DNA of 64,000 nucleotides from Anaerolineae bacterium (GCA_034432595.1 DAOUBT010000004.1:18892-82891); one strand, 5' to 3'; shown: positions 38,201-50,642, counted from the first letter of the stretch. Numbers and translations: made by a program. Notes: generated from the letters alone by a model not told the origin.

Positions 38201-40262
38201 GGATAGTTTTGACGCCTTCCACATCGGTGCGCTGGTGTCCCCAGGTGGGGTGTTTTTGCACATCGGGGATGACGAGGGTGCGCAGCATGCGCATGGTCTC
38301 GTGGCTGAGGTTGCTCTCTTCAGGGCCAAAGGTCGCGCCCAGCACCGTCTCTGGATGCTCGAAACCCCGACATGCCGCGATGGTGAGTTTGCCATCCGGC
38401 GTGAGGAGCAGGATGGAGGCCGAGTCAAAGGAGATGACCTGCTCCAGTTGCTCCAGGCCGCGATTGAGCACCTCCTCCAGGTCCAGGGTGCTGTTGACCA
38501 TGCGCGCCAGGTCCGCGAGCAGGGTGGCTGTGCGGCGTTCCTGCTCCGTCTGCCGGTAGAGCTGCGCGTTGTGGAGCGCCACGGCGGCCTGATGGGCGAC
38601 GGCGGTGAGCAGGCGCACATCCTCATCGCTGAAGGCATGGCGCTGCTCGCTCTCCACGTTGAACACGCCGATGATGCGCTCGCCAATGCGCAAGGGGATG
38701 GCCAGTTCAGCTTGCGTGGTCGGATCGGTGCGGATGAAATGGGGGGACTGCGTCACATCCTGTGCCAGATATACTTCGCCCGTAGCCGCGGCGTAACCCA
38801 CAATGCCCTTTCCCAAGGGGATGCGTTTTTCACGGACAGCGGGATCGAAATAGTTGGGGCTGGCTGCCACATACAGGGCCTGCTCGTTCTCATCCAATAG
38901 CAAAATTGAGGTATTGCGGAAGCCAAAGGTGGTCTCTACAGCGTTGATGATTTCCTGCAGCACCTGCATAATATCCAGCGTGGAGTTCAGACGCTGGGAA
39001 ATGCTCTGCAGAATGAGCAGCTCTTTGCGCTCGCGGATGATGTGCGCCTGCTGCCGTTTGAGCCGATCTTGCAGGCGGTTGAAGGCGCGTACCAGGTCCC
39101 CTACCTCATCATGAGAAATAATAGGCAGGGGATGCAGCTCAATTTCATCGCCGCGGCTCAGTTCGTGCAGGCGTTGTGTGAGATAGGCCATGTCGCGGGT
39201 GAAATCCACCGCTGCGGAGCGGTTGACCACAAACACAAACACAATCATCAAGCCAGCAAAAGCCCCCAAAATCAACAGGGCACGCCGCATTAACGGGCTG
39301 GCAAAGGGATTGATGCGGTACACAAACCCCACCTTCCAGGGCTCTTCCCCACTGCGATACACCGGTGAGGTCACGGCTGCCCAGGCTGGCGTTTCAATGT
39401 AAGTAGATTCCGTCATCACCCGGGACCAGTCCACCCCCACATCCTGGAAAGCGCGCGGCACCCTCGTTAAAAGTTGCCCCTCATCATCCAACAAAAAACC
39501 ATACCCCTCGATCCCCTGCAGCTCTTCCACAGTAGCCACCCAATCGGTGTTGTAGTGCAAATAGGGGAAGACATGCTGATTGAGGGTCTGTAAGAGCAAC
39601 TGGTATTTGTTGTAGAGCATGATGCGCGAGCTCTGGTAGATAATGGCGTAACCCAAGAGAGCCAGAAAGACCAGGCAGACGCTGATGAGCAGGAGCATGG
39701 TCAGCAATTGCCGGGCCACGAGGGTAAACCGTGGCCGGGTAAGCTCATCCTGGACGGCATGGGTCACCAGCAAAACCGGCATCACAAGCTGACGCAGGCC
39801 CAGGTAAATCAACAGGGACAGCGCACAGGCCACCACCAGAATCAATCCGGAAGAAGGGAGCTGCTCCTGTAGGGTATAGCGCGGATCCAGGGCTGCAGCG
39901 ATAAAATCTGATGCCAGCGTGACCACCAGTGTGATGAGAAGGGGGCGGTAGAAGAAACGGAGAGGAATCGAGAAAGCGGCCTGACGCGCCTGCAACAACG
40001 TGTTCAAAGGCGGCGTCTCGCCCGCTTGCAAGCGCCGCCCCAGCGCTTCGATAGGCTCAAAAGCCCGGTATAGGGCCCACCCCACCAGGAGTGGAACTAA
40101 CGGACCAAACAAGAGAGAATTCCTCAGCCCCAAACGAGCAGAGGTTTCCTCCTGCGCGGTCAGAATCGGGCTGATGAGGGCCAACAATACAACGCCCCCC
40201 GTCGCAATACCAGCGACGAGCAAGACAGCCTTACGGCGCAGCCCGATTAGCTCAGAAGCCAT
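35202..40262 (-). CDS. Giant sensor histidine kinase (1686 aa): TM sensor, HAMP, about 6 GAF domains, PAS, HisKA, HATPase_c, C-terminal degenerate receiver
   Basis: H-box VSHEMRTPLTSVLGF. G-box GTGLGLSICHEIISHYHGFIGV. Repeated GAF signatures. The C-terminal REC-like domain has LIVLNTRL where the phospho-Asp is expected. Confidence 0.85.
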   Translation of the reverse strand: MASELIGLRRKAVLLVAGIATGGVVLLALISPILTAQEETSARLGLRNSLLFGPLVPLLVGWALYRAFEPIEALGRRLQAGETPPLNTLLQARQAAFSIPLRFFYRPLLITLVVTLASDFIAAALDPRYTLQEQLPSSGLILVVACALSLLIYLGLRQLVMPVLLVTHAVQDELTRPRFTLVARQLLTMLLLISVCLVFLALLGYAIIYQSSRIMLYNKYQLLLQTLNQHVFPYLHYNTDWVATVEELQGIEGYGFLLDDEGQLLTRVPRAFQDVGVDWSRVMTESTYIETPAWAAVTSPVYRSGEEPWKVGFVYRINPFASPLMRRALLILGAFAGLMIVFVFVVNRSAAVDFTRDMAYLTQRLHELSRGDEIELHPLPIISHDEVGDLVRAFNRLQDRLKRQQAHIIRERKELLILQSISQRLNSTLDIMQVLQEIINAVETTFGFRNTSILLLDENEQALYVAASPNYFDPAVREKRIPLGKGIVGYAAATGEVYLAQDVTQSPHFIRTDPTTQAELAIPLRIGERIIGVFNVESEQRHAFSDEDVRLLTAVAHQAAVALHNAQLYRQTEQERRTATLLADLARMVNSTLDLEEVLNRGLEQLEQVISFDSASILLLTPDGKLTIAACRGFEHPETVLGATFGPEESNLSHETMRMLRTLVIPDVQKHPTWGHQRTDVEGVKTIRSWIGAPLTVQGEGIGLLTVDKHEPDFYTPEDARKASLFAAQLATAVHNARLYQQMQAHARDLGVLLKASEHISGLLDVRRLLHEIVHFVRDTFGYPVVALHLVDERTGDLSYVSQNETLSLLDPIPLILNPEHSLVAEAAATRTTQRRQHPADGVAVSHLRSELAIPMFSGEKVIGVFHLACTRANAFDERATQLLTALANQVAVALQNARLYERVQTQAARLSILQQVSHTITSILDPRALMQAVVEAVAKAFTYPHVGIFLFDPAARVLYIGYQVGYPESTYDLRLSLDGPGLTVAAARSGKPVLCNDVSLDPRYVPGMPEIRAELAIPLMGREGLIGVFNLETQHVNAFTPEDVDLFMALGQQITVALENAHLFANVTEQARQLARLADTLAQEKRKLDVTLRTMVDGLLVTAPDGSVVLVNPAAEAILNRPAHEILGRPLGASAAEQELNRLITEAMRDPASTFMTEITLEDHRSFKASAAAAEEAAELGVVTLLRDITHEKELDRMKTEFISTVSHEMRTPLTSVLGFARVTRKHLERDLIPHLPADNGRVQEALKRVLNNLDIIQKEAQRLNQLANDVLDIARIEAGRMAWNDQPLHVPQLLEQVLEELRPLLEQQQLSIRRRVQESLPPLYADAERVRQVLFNLISNAIKFSPPGESITITLKTLAPGERLEDWPVPEGGALLVSVSDRGPGIAPELQARLFKRFQQLTSNGLTDKPQGTGLGLSICHEIISHYHGFIGVDSAPGRGSTFFFALPWQGAPQERTSAVVPESRPRGSTGPLSVSAPVLLIGPRDAALQTLHDNLPSLGYPVLHAQSGSEGITLARQQAPALIVLNTRLTDLTAFDVLRILKSDPQTLRIPVFLLATHQHELDLGRQRGADLCLRLPVAEDLLLQHAQTLLRLYRSSTELPAETPLAGMMSYLNADGFQVLDAYDVHSALLTGQTVTLQSWLMTQLRPDESAWQAVRLKHPVHGREVIVLMREKRESNGHELT

Positions 40263-40286
40263 AAGTTATCCCTTACAGGCTACCGA

Positions 40287-40670
40287 TCAGCCCTCCAGGT
40301 GGAGAATGGACACCGCGCGTTCCATAATGAAATCCGGATCGAAAGGCTTGGTGATGTATTCATCAGCTCCGGCGCGATTGCCCTGTTCTTTATCCACAGC
40401 CTGCCCTTTGGCCGTGAGCAAAATCACGTACACCGATGGATGTTGCGCTTTAATCTGCGCGCACACTTCGTACCCGCTTTTCTTGGGCATCATCACATCG
40501 AGGAAAATCAGGTCCGGCACCTCGCTCAACGCCAATTCGAGGGCTTCCTCTCCATCTCCGGCGGTCAAAAGCTCTACATCTTGATCTTCGAGGTCTTCCA
40601 GAGTCTGGGTTAGAAGCGTGCGGATGAAGGCCTCATCGTCAACAATCATAATTTTACGGCTTTGCGTCAT
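40287..40670 (-). CDS. Single-domain CheY-like response regulator (127 aa)
   Basis: AGGAGGAACT ribosome-binding site. IMIVDDEAFIR...LIFLDVMMPKKSGYEV...ILLTAKG...YITKPF. Confidence 0.85.
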   Translation of the reverse strand: MTQSRKIMIVDDEAFIRTLLTQTLEDLEDQDVELLTAGDGEEALELALSEVPDLIFLDVMMPKKSGYEVCAQIKAQHPSVYVILLTAKGQAVDKEQGNRAGADEYITKPFDPDFIMERAVSILHLEG

Positions 40671-40984
40671 AGTTCCTCCTGATTCAACCTGCGGTGCCTG
40701 GATGTATGGGCTACAAAACCTCCGTGCCACAAGGAAACCAGGAAACTTTCCCCGGCCATCTTCGCGGTCAAACGGATTGTGCAGCCTCATCTTTATCTTA
40801 ATACAAAGCAACTTTATCATGCTCTGGAAAGTAGTCAAGTATTTTCCCCAGGCCTTTGCCCTGGCCGATGCGCCATGAGCAAACGGGGGGCATGTATGGC
40901 GTTGAGCAGACACGAGCAGCCCATGCTGGACTGGCATTCGCTATGTTGGAGCCGTGGCTAAGAGCCGTGAGCTATGAGGCAAAG

Positions 40985-41100
40985 AACATTCAGGCGGGGT
41001 GGACGTGAGTGAAGGCCATGCCTGCGCCCACCCCAATCCAGGCTGACGGTGATTTCAATCGCCATCCTGGTGCTGAAAGTAAGCCGTTACGCACAAAAAT
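40985..41100. repeat. Copy of a dispersed intergenic repeat family (core GAAGGCCATGCCTGCGCCCACCCC plus a GATTTCAA...CTGGTGCTGAAAGTAAGCC arm)
   Basis: Shares its core and flanking arms with the copies at 53921-54110, 56330-56450, 59690-59880 and 63765-63845. Confidence 0.6.
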
Positions 41101-41203
41101 TGGTATCTCAGGATTAACCTAACCGTAACTGCCTTGAAACACCCTGAAACCCCCACTTGTGGTATGCTTTGAGCAGTACTTATCCAAGAGATGGTAGGGA
41201 TCT

Positions 41204-42109
41204 ATGCATTGGACTCTGACGACACCGGCGGATTTTTCTCTGGCCAATATGCTGAAACGCTCCTGGCCTTTCTTACTCCGTCCCTTTGAAAAGACGGGGC
41301 ATCCAGAGCGTTTGCATCGCGTGGAGCGCCTGAGCACAGGCACCATCGTGGCACTGACGATAGCGCACGCACCGGGCGGTCTCACCTTAGCCGTCAGCGA
41401 ACGGCTCAGTGGCCCCGAAACCGAAGAACTCAGCCAGAAAATGTGGCGCGCCCTGCGTTTAGGGGAAGACCTGAGCGCCTTCCTGATCCTGCAGCGAGAA
41501 CTGACTCCGGAGATCAACATCAGCGATGCCCCGCGTTTTCTGCGCAGCAGCAGCTTGTTTGAGGACCTCGTCAAGGCCTTCATTATCATCCAATCCCCGC
41601 CGGGATGGTATGACTATCGCATCTCCTGGCTGGTGGATCGCATTGGTGATCCCTTGCCGCGCAATCCCACCCTCCACGCTTTCCCGACGCCCGCGCAGTT
41701 GCTCTGGGAGCAACTCTTACTCAAAGGAATGTTCGGGCCGGAGCTGGCGCGCAACCTGCTCCAACTGGCGGAATTGTTCCAGGCTGAGGGGGAGAGCCTG
41801 GAAAGCCTGCCGCAATCTCCGCTGCCGGAACACGCGCTGAACACCCTCTTCGATCATCTCCCTGACCTGGATCAGGCCACGCTGGATCTCATCATGTTGC
41901 TGACGGGGCATTACGAACACGTCCCGACAACGCTCAATGCCTACCGACGCCTTTTTGGCAAGTTTCAAACCGATGCCCTGCTCCAGAGCCCTCTGGAGAC
42001 CCTGCTCAGGCCCTGGCATCCCTGGGAAACCCTGGCTTACTGGCTGGGTTCCGGACTACCCAAACCTGTGAAAGGGGTGACCGCCCATGCCAACGCCACG
42101 TACCGATAA
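41204..42109 (+). CDS. Hypothetical protein (301 aa); its stop overlaps the downstream GAF histidine kinase start
   Basis: Long ORF with consistent codon usage. 23-nt overlap with the next gene. No confident domain. Confidence 0.5.
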   Translation: MHWTLTTPADFSLANMLKRSWPFLLRPFEKTGHPERLHRVERLSTGTIVALTIAHAPGGLTLAVSERLSGPETEELSQKMWRALRLGEDLSAFLILQRELTPEINISDAPRFLRSSSLFEDLVKAFIIIQSPPGWYDYRISWLVDRIGDPLPRNPTLHAFPTPAQLLWEQLLLKGMFGPELARNLLQLAELFQAEGESLESLPQSPLPEHALNTLFDHLPDLDQATLDLIMLLTGHYEHVPTTLNAYRRLFGKFQTDALLQSPLETLLRPWHPWETLAYWLGSGLPKPVKGVTAHANATYR

Positions 42110-43820
42110 ACCTTCCGCCTGGCGCGAAGAGATTGAATCTCTGCGCAAGGAGCTGCTCCAGGGAGCGCCCTCCGCTACCCTGATGACGCGCCTTGCCAAC
42201 CTGGAAAAGCGCTTACAGGAAGAAGCTCAGCGCAATGCCGAAGCGCAACAGCGCGCGCTGCACATGGTTTACACCCTCGCTCACGATGTGAATGCCAGCC
42301 TGGATTGGATGCAAACTATCGAACCAGCGCTGAAAATTCTGGTCACGATGACGCGGGCCGAACGTGGCTTACTGCTCTTGTTGGATGAAAACGGTCAACC
42401 CCATGTCCGCTCCATCCATTACGCCGCAACGCCATCCCTGCAAGGTACCGATACAAGTTTTAGCCGCAGCATTGTCCAGGAAGCCCTGCAGCGCGCCCAG
42501 CCCATCCTTACCAGCGACGCGCAGCTCGATCCGCGCTTTTCCGGTCAAGATAGCGTCGTGTTACGCGGCCTCCATGCCGTCCTCTGCGTTCCCCTCATTG
42601 CCCTGGGCCGCACCCTGGGGGCCATCTACCTGGAGAACCGCACGTCAGGCAACGCCTTCAGCGATGAGGATGTGGAGTTGCTGGGCATGGCCGCCGAATT
42701 GACGGCGCTCGCCATCACCAACGCGCAAAAGTATCAACTCTTGCAACAACGTTTAAACGCCCGCAACCGCGATGTCAAATTCCTGCAAGAGATGCTCATC
42801 GCGTTAGACGAAGACTACAATTACACCCGCATCATCCATCAAGGCTTGCTGTGGGCGATGCGCGCCGTGGGCGCTGCACGGGGTGCGCTGGGCACCCTGG
42901 AGACCGGTGGCCTGCGCTGGCAGGCGCAACAGGGCGGCGCAGCGCTCAACAACGAGCTGGCGCATCACGTCCTGCAGCAACGACGGGCGCAGATAAGCCA
43001 GCATCAAATGGTCGTTCCGCTGCTCCGCGCCCGGCATCCTCTGGGCGTGCTGGTGCTGGAAAGCGAAACCCTCCCTTTCAGCGACGAACAAAGCGCCGTC
43101 GCCCAACAAGTCGCCAATCTCATGGCGCTTTACCTGGAAAGCGCACGCCTCTACGAGGCGCTGCGCGGAGCGCGTGAGGCGCAATGGCGGCTGGTGGACC
43201 AGATGTTGGAGAGCTTCGCCGTTCCATTGCAGGCCTTAGAGCATGGTGAGGCGCAAGCCCCCTCCCTGCTACGCCGCGCATGGGAGAACCTGCGCCTGTT
43301 TGCCCTGCTGGAGCAAGGCCGCTATCCCCTGGCCCTGCTGCCGGTGAAGCTACGCCCGGCTCTTGAAGCAGCCCTGGAAGCCTGCCGCCCGGCATGGATG
43401 GACAAGGCGTTACAGGTCGAGCTTGACCTGGAGGACAACCTGCCGCCGGTGCTGGCCGATTCGGAAGCCCTGAACACGATTTTCCTCCACTTGCTCGATA
43501 ACGCCATCGCTTACACACCGGCGCAAGGGCGCATCATCCTGCGCATCACCACGGACCCCCATGAAACGGGAACGCTGGTGTGCAGCATCGAAGATAGCGG
43601 ATACGGCATCAACCTCACGGAACAAAGGGAGATTTTCACCCCCTTCTTCCGCTCGCAAGATCCGCGCGTGCAGGCTGTGCCGGGCAGTGGGCTGGGATTG
43701 GCGATAGTCAAGCGGCTGGTGGAAATCCACGGTGGGGTTATGGGCTTCCACAGCGAACCGGGCGTGGGAAGTCGCTTCTTCTTCACGCTCCCCCAAAGCG
43801 ATAACAACGGCCTGCTGTAA
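42087..43820 (+). CDS. Tandem-GAF sensor histidine kinase (cytoplasmic)
   Basis: Two GAF-like regions. HATPase GSGLGLAIVKRLVEIHGGVMGFHSEPGVGSRFFFTLP. Confidence 0.8.
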   Translation: MPTPRTDKPSAWREEIESLRKELLQGAPSATLMTRLANLEKRLQEEAQRNAEAQQRALHMVYTLAHDVNASLDWMQTIEPALKILVTMTRAERGLLLLLDENGQPHVRSIHYAATPSLQGTDTSFSRSIVQEALQRAQPILTSDAQLDPRFSGQDSVVLRGLHAVLCVPLIALGRTLGAIYLENRTSGNAFSDEDVELLGMAAELTALAITNAQKYQLLQQRLNARNRDVKFLQEMLIALDEDYNYTRIIHQGLLWAMRAVGAARGALGTLETGGLRWQAQQGGAALNNELAHHVLQQRRAQISQHQMVVPLLRARHPLGVLVLESETLPFSDEQSAVAQQVANLMALYLESARLYEALRGAREAQWRLVDQMLESFAVPLQALEHGEAQAPSLLRRAWENLRLFALLEQGRYPLALLPVKLRPALEAALEACRPAWMDKALQVELDLEDNLPPVLADSEALNTIFLHLLDNAIAYTPAQGRIILRITTDPHETGTLVCSIEDSGYGINLTEQREIFTPFFRSQDPRVQAVPGSGLGLAIVKRLVEIHGGVMGFHSEPGVGSRFFFTLPQSDNNGLL

Positions 43821-43884
43821 CCACAGAAAACGCGCTAAGGAGACCCTGTCCCCTTAGCGCGTTTCAATCCAGAGACAAGCACCG

Positions 43885-45312
43885 CTATGGTTTCAACCCG
43901 GCCAGCTCCAACGCCGCGTGGAGGACAGGCTGAACCAGCGCCGCGTCCGTCACCTCGCAGTACACCCGCAACAGGGGCTCTGTGCCGGAGAAGCGAATCA
44001 ACACCCACCCATACTCACCCAGATCGTATTTATAGCCATCCACCGTCACCACGTCGTACACCGGCAGGCCGGCGAGCCGTTCCGGACGCTGTTTTTCAAG
44101 GCGGGCGATCACCTGAGGGCGCAGCTCCGCCGGGAAGCGCGTGTCAATCCGGTCGTAGTGATACGTCTGCCCCAGCACATCGAACAGTTCCTGCATCAAA
44201 GCCGCAGGCGATTTTCGCGCGCGCAGCATGAAATCCACAAAATAGAGATTGCCCAGGATGCCATCCCGCTCCGGCACATTGCCCCGGAAGGCGTAGCCGC
44301 CGCTCTCCTCACCACCGATAAGCGCGTCCACTTCCAGGAATTTCGGAGCGATGTACTTAAAGCCCACGCCCGTTTCGTACACCGGCACACCATAACGCTC
44401 GGCCAGGCGGTTCAACATACAACTTGATGAGAGGGTCTTCACGATAGGGCCGCGCTCGCCGCGATATGCCAGCAAGTAATAGGTGAGCAAGGAGAAGACG
44501 CGCAACTGATCGAGAAAGACACCATGCTCGTCCCCGATGCCCATGCGATCCGCGTCGCCGTCATTGATGAGCAGCACATCCGCGCCCACCTCCGTTGTGC
44601 GGCGCAGCGCCACGTCAATGTTAGGGCGGATAGGCTCCGGGCGCTTCATCTCCGGGAAAATGGGATTACGTCCGGCGTGTACTTCGATAATCCGGTTCGA
44701 TCCGCCCCCTAACAGGCGTGGATACCAGCCAGAGGCATTCCCCCACATTGGCTCCACCAGGATGGTCAGCCCCGCCTGCCGCAAGCGTTCCAGGTCCACC
44801 AGCGTTTGCAGATGCGCCTCATAAGCGGGAGCCGGGTCCCAGCGCTGCACCAGCCCGCTGGCTTCGGCGCGTTCCAGCGGTAGACGGCGCACCTCAGCCT
44901 CGCTGGCGGGGATGAGGGCCTCGATCTGTTTCAGGCCCGCCGGAGCAACAGCGCCGCCATGCTCATCACGCACCTTAAAGCCGTTATCCGTGGGCGGATT
45001 GTGGCTCGCGGTGATATTGATGGCCCCGCCCGCGCCGCGTTCCACCACTGCGTAGCTGATGACCGGCGTTGGCGTGGCGCGATCCGTCAACCAGACGGGG
45101 ATGCCGTTGCCCGCCAGCACCTCCGCGGCGGCTGCCGCAAAATACTCCGACTGAAAACGCTGGTCATAGCCGACGACGCACCCGCGTTCAGCCAGGCCCT
45201 GCTGCTGCAGGTAGAGCGCATAGGCCTGCGCCGCCCGGCGCACGTTCGCAAAGGTGTAATCCTCCGCGATGCGCGCGCGCCAGCCATCCGTGCCAAAAAC
45301 GATATCTCCCAT
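43885..45312 (-). CDS. Alpha-D-phosphohexomutase (phosphomannomutase/phosphoglucomutase family)
   Basis: GAGGAGG ribosome-binding site. Active-site loop [16 protein letters not shown]-terminal GTDGWRA. Confidence 0.85.
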   Translation of the reverse strand: MGDIVFGTDGWRARIAEDYTFANVRRAAQAYALYLQQQGLAERGCVVGYDQRFQSEYFAAAAAEVLAGNGIPVWLTDRATPTPVISYAVVERGAGGAINITASHNPPTDNGFKVRDEHGGAVAPAGLKQIEALIPASEAEVRRLPLERAEASGLVQRWDPAPAYEAHLQTLVDLERLRQAGLTILVEPMWGNASGWYPRLLGGGSNRIIEVHAGRNPIFPEMKRPEPIRPNIDVALRRTTEVGADVLLINDGDADRMGIGDEHGVFLDQLRVFSLLTYYLLAYRGERGPIVKTLSSSCMLNRLAERYGVPVYETGVGFKYIAPKFLEVDALIGGEESGGYAFRGNVPERDGILGNLYFVDFMLRARKSPAALMQELFDVLGQTYHYDRIDTRFPAELRPQVIARLEKQRPERLAGLPVYDVVTVDGYKYDLGEYGWVLIRFSGTEPLLRVYCEVTDAALVQPVLHAALELAGLKP

Positions 45313-45445
45313 AAGGCCTCCTCTTCATCCCCGCGGGGAACATTCCTTGATTCCCTTCAGGCCGGCGGTGAAAGCCACGCCTGAAGGGCGCTTCATGTCG
45401 GACAGGCGTACCCCATGCGGGTATGCACGCCCTGCACACCAGCAG

Positions 45446-46621
45446 CTACTTGCGAATCTCCGCCAGGAAACTCGTGCCGATTTCCGGCATGGGCAAGCCA
45501 AAGATTTCGCTGATGGTAGCACCCACATCCGCATAAGTACGGCGCGTGCCGAGATTCACATCTCCCTTGACCGGCTCCCCAAACACGAGCAACGGCACAT
45601 ACTCACGCGAGTGATCCGTGCTTGGCGTGGTCGGATCCACCCCATGATCAGCGGCGATGATCACGATGTCGGTAGGCCGCATCGCGGAAAGGATTTCAGG
45701 GATGCGGTCATCAAAAGCGCGCAGCGCCCCGGCATAGCCTTCCGGGTCATTGCGATGGCCGTAAATCATGTCGTACTCAATCAAGTTGGCGAAAATCATG
45801 CCCTTAAAGCGCTCTGGCATGAATTCCAACAGCGCGTTGATGCTGTCGCGGTTGTTGGTGGTATGCTTATTCAGGGTGATGCCGGTATTGCCAAAGAGGT
45901 CGTCAATCTTGCCCACCGCCGCCACATCGTAGCCCGCCTCGGCCAGGCGCATCATCACCGTGGGACGGGGTGGAAGGAGGGGGAAATCGTGGCGGTGCTC
46001 GGTGCGCCAGAAATGACCTGGCTCGCCCCGGAAGGGCCGCGCAATGACGCGCCCCACCGCGTGTTCGCCGGTGAGCATCTCACGCGCAATGCGGCAAACG
46101 CGGTACAACGCTTCCAGCGGAACGACTTCCTCATGGGCGGCGATCTGGAACACGCTATCCGCAGACGTGTACACAATCAGTTTGCCGGTTTTCACGTGCT
46201 CCTCGCCCAGTTCTTTGATAATCTCCGTCCCGGAAGCGGGTTTGTTGCCGATGACGCCATACCCTGTACGGCGCGTGAATTCGTCCAGCAGTTCCTGTGG
46301 GAAGCCGTGGGGATAGGTCGGCATGGGGCGCTGCGACCAGATGCCCATCAGCTCCCAATGGCCGGTGACGGAGTCCTTGCCCGCGGAGATTTCGGCCATC
46401 TTCCCATACGCACCCTGCGCGGGATGCGCCGGCGGCACGCCAAGAATATCAATGATATTGCCAAAGCCCAGCTTTTGCAGGTAGGGCAAGTCGAGACCGC
46501 CGAGCACGCGCGCCGTATTGCCCACGGAATTGCTGCCCACATCACCGTAATCTGCCGCGTCCGGCAACTCGCCCACCCCCACACCATCCAACACAATCAC
46601 AATGACCCGTTCAATGTCCAT
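45446..46621 (-). CDS. deoB: Phosphopentomutase
   Basis: N-terminal [18 protein letters not shown]. About 391 aa. Fold matches the alkaline-phosphatase-like DeoB family. Confidence 0.8.
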   Translation of the reverse strand: MDIERVIVIVLDGVGVGELPDAADYGDVGSNSVGNTARVLGGLDLPYLQKLGFGNIIDILGVPPAHPAQGAYGKMAEISAGKDSVTGHWELMGIWSQRPMPTYPHGFPQELLDEFTRRTGYGVIGNKPASGTEIIKELGEEHVKTGKLIVYTSADSVFQIAAHEEVVPLEALYRVCRIAREMLTGEHAVGRVIARPFRGEPGHFWRTEHRHDFPLLPPRPTVMMRLAEAGYDVAAVGKIDDLFGNTGITLNKHTTNNRDSINALLEFMPERFKGMIFANLIEYDMIYGHRNDPEGYAGALRAFDDRIPEILSAMRPTDIVIIAADHGVDPTTPSTDHSREYVPLLVFGEPVKGDVNLGTRRTYADVGATISEIFGLPMPEIGTSFLAEIRK

Positions 46622-46860
46622 ACGTCACTCCTTAACTCAAAAATGTTGCCATAGGTATCATGCAGTTTAAGCGGACCCATCCTTGCCTGTCCGGAGGTTG
46701 GCAACCGCCAGAAAACGTAAAGCCTGATGGGAGTTTCCTTGCATCGTCAAGGCTTAATGTTTTTTGGAATTGAAAACGCTGCAAGCCCACCCGAAACAAT
46801 TTCAATCGCTGCTGATAACAAGTTGGTACTTTGCAACCAACTATGCGAACCCTTCCCGGC

Positions 46861-48853
<1,993 letters not shown>

Positions 48854-49082
48854 ACACTCTCCCCCTTACTACGCTTTCATTATACGAGATTGTGACAAAG
48901 AGGCAAAGAGGCAAAGCCGGTATGCACGCGAAAGCGACACCTTTGGCTCTCGCCGGTCAACAAGCCGCGAGACATGAGCAGAAACAGACGGTCAGACGAG
49001 TGAATGACCTTTTACGGCACGGCATCCCCGAAGGTCAAACGAGCAGGCGAGGCCGTTCCAGCGCTAAAAAGGATGTGTAGCG

Positions 49083-50642
49083 TCAGCGCCAATCCAACGC
49101 GATGATGTTCAGGCCGTCGGTGAGAGGGGCAGCCATGCGACGGGACAAATCCCACAACACCAGATTGCCCTGATAGATCACCATCACGCCTTTGCCATCG
49201 GGACTCCAGCGCCAGACCGGCAGCTCCAGACCGGCCTCATCCAGGGGTGGATAGGGACATGTCGTCTCCGAACCATCCAGATCCGCCACGCAGAGGGTGT
49301 ACGCGCTGAGGTGGCTCTGTTGTGGAAAGCGTGCCTGTCCGAAAGCCAGGCGCGTCCCGTCCGGCGAAAGCTGTGGCGCAGCCCACATGCCGACATCAAG
49401 GGCCACCGTGGCCGTGTAGCCTTCATCCACATTGAGGGCTACCCCATTGAAAACCGGGCTTTCCTCCGGATCAGTGCCGGGCTGCGGCACGTGATTGACG
49501 GTGAAAAGCAGTTGCCCCGTTGGTGACCAGTCCAGGCCGGGATTCCAGGCCCAGGAGCTGTTGGTGCGGTAGGCCGGGAAGCGCAGCAACGTCACGCGCT
49601 GCCCGTTATTCACGGTGACGTAGCCCACCTCATCCGGACGGGAGTAGGCCAGCCGGTCCCCCTGAGGGGACCAGAGGTAGCGTGTCCCCCACCAGCCCCA
49701 CCCGCCGCCGGCCTCGGCTTTGTAGAGACGGCGAGTGGTGCGCAACTGTCCCTGCGTGCTGAGTTCACCCAACCATAAATCGTTTTGCCCACGCCAGCCG
49801 GGGGCCGCTTCAACCACTTCTGCCGTGGTCCAGGCAATGCGTTTGCCCTGCGCGTCCCAATCCGCCCACAGGACGTTGGAGATGTTCAGCGCCACCGGTG
49901 TGGCATCCACGTGGGTGGTGTCCACCAGCCACAGCTCATTCATGCGCTGCGCGTCATGGGTCACGGCACGGCTGTAAAGCAGGCGCGTGCCGTCCGGCGA
50001 AAGGCGAAACACACGCCCATCCAAATCGCCTGTGAAGGTGACCTGCCGCCGGTTGTTGCTCGTGCCCCGCACCATCCAGGCATCCTGTCGGCTGAGAAAA
50101 GCCAGGGTGCGCGTGATGGGAACGCTGCTCAGGACGGCCCGACTGCCCAGGACTTGAATCTCATCCACCGGCGCGAGGGTGACCGTTTCACGCAGCAGGA
50201 CGCGCTCGGTGAGCGCGCCGTTGGTGTAGGTGAGGCGGTAGACGCGCTCGCGCACGCCAGGCTGCCCCACCTGCAACAGGCGCGTCTCACCCTCCGGCAG
50301 GCTCGCATCCCGGATGACGCGCCGCTCAAAGGGGATGGTCTCGGTGAGCACCTCGGTCTGCTGCAGGATGCGCGTCACGCTCACGGTCATACCATCCTGC
50401 AGGCGGGTGGTTTCGGGCGGTTGGACGATGTCCAAATCGTTCAAGGTGATGGCCTGCTCACGCAGCAGGTCCTGCACGGTCAGCGCCTGCGTTTCGACGG
50501 TGCGCGCCGCGCCATCGGCCTGCAAGGTGACGCGCACGAGCGTCGGCGTTGCCGGCGTGACGCACGCCGTGAGGAGCACCATCAGCCACAGCCAAAAGGA
50601 GTTACGCCACCAGCGCACGGACATAGGCCTCTGCCTGTTCAC
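49083..50642 (-). CDS. Secreted lipoprotein: DUF348, G5, TolB-like (PD40) beta-propeller
   Basis: Lipobox LLTAC. DUF348-like segment VRVTLQADGAARTVETQALTVQDLL. G5-like segment. Repeated SPDG/PD40 motifs. Confidence 0.65.
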   Translation of the reverse strand: MNRQRPMSVRWWRNSFWLWLMVLLTACVTPATPTLVRVTLQADGAARTVETQALTVQDLLREQAITLNDLDIVQPPETTRLQDGMTVSVTRILQQTEVLTETIPFERRVIRDASLPEGETRLLQVGQPGVRERVYRLTYTNGALTERVLLRETVTLAPVDEIQVLGSRAVLSSVPITRTLAFLSRQDAWMVRGTSNNRRQVTFTGDLDGRVFRLSPDGTRLLYSRAVTHDAQRMNELWLVDTTHVDATPVALNISNVLWADWDAQGKRIAWTTAEVVEAAPGWRGQNDLWLGELSTQGQLRTTRRLYKAEAGGGWGWWGTRYLWSPQGDRLAYSRPDEVGYVTVNNGQRVTLLRFPAYRTNSSWAWNPGLDWSPTGQLLFTVNHVPQPGTDPEESPVFNGVALNVDEGYTATVALDVGMWAAPQLSPDGTRLAFGQARFPQQSHLSAYTLCVADLDGSETTCPYPPLDEAGLELPVWRWSPDGKGVMVIYQGNLVLWDLSRRMAAPLTDGLNIIALDWR

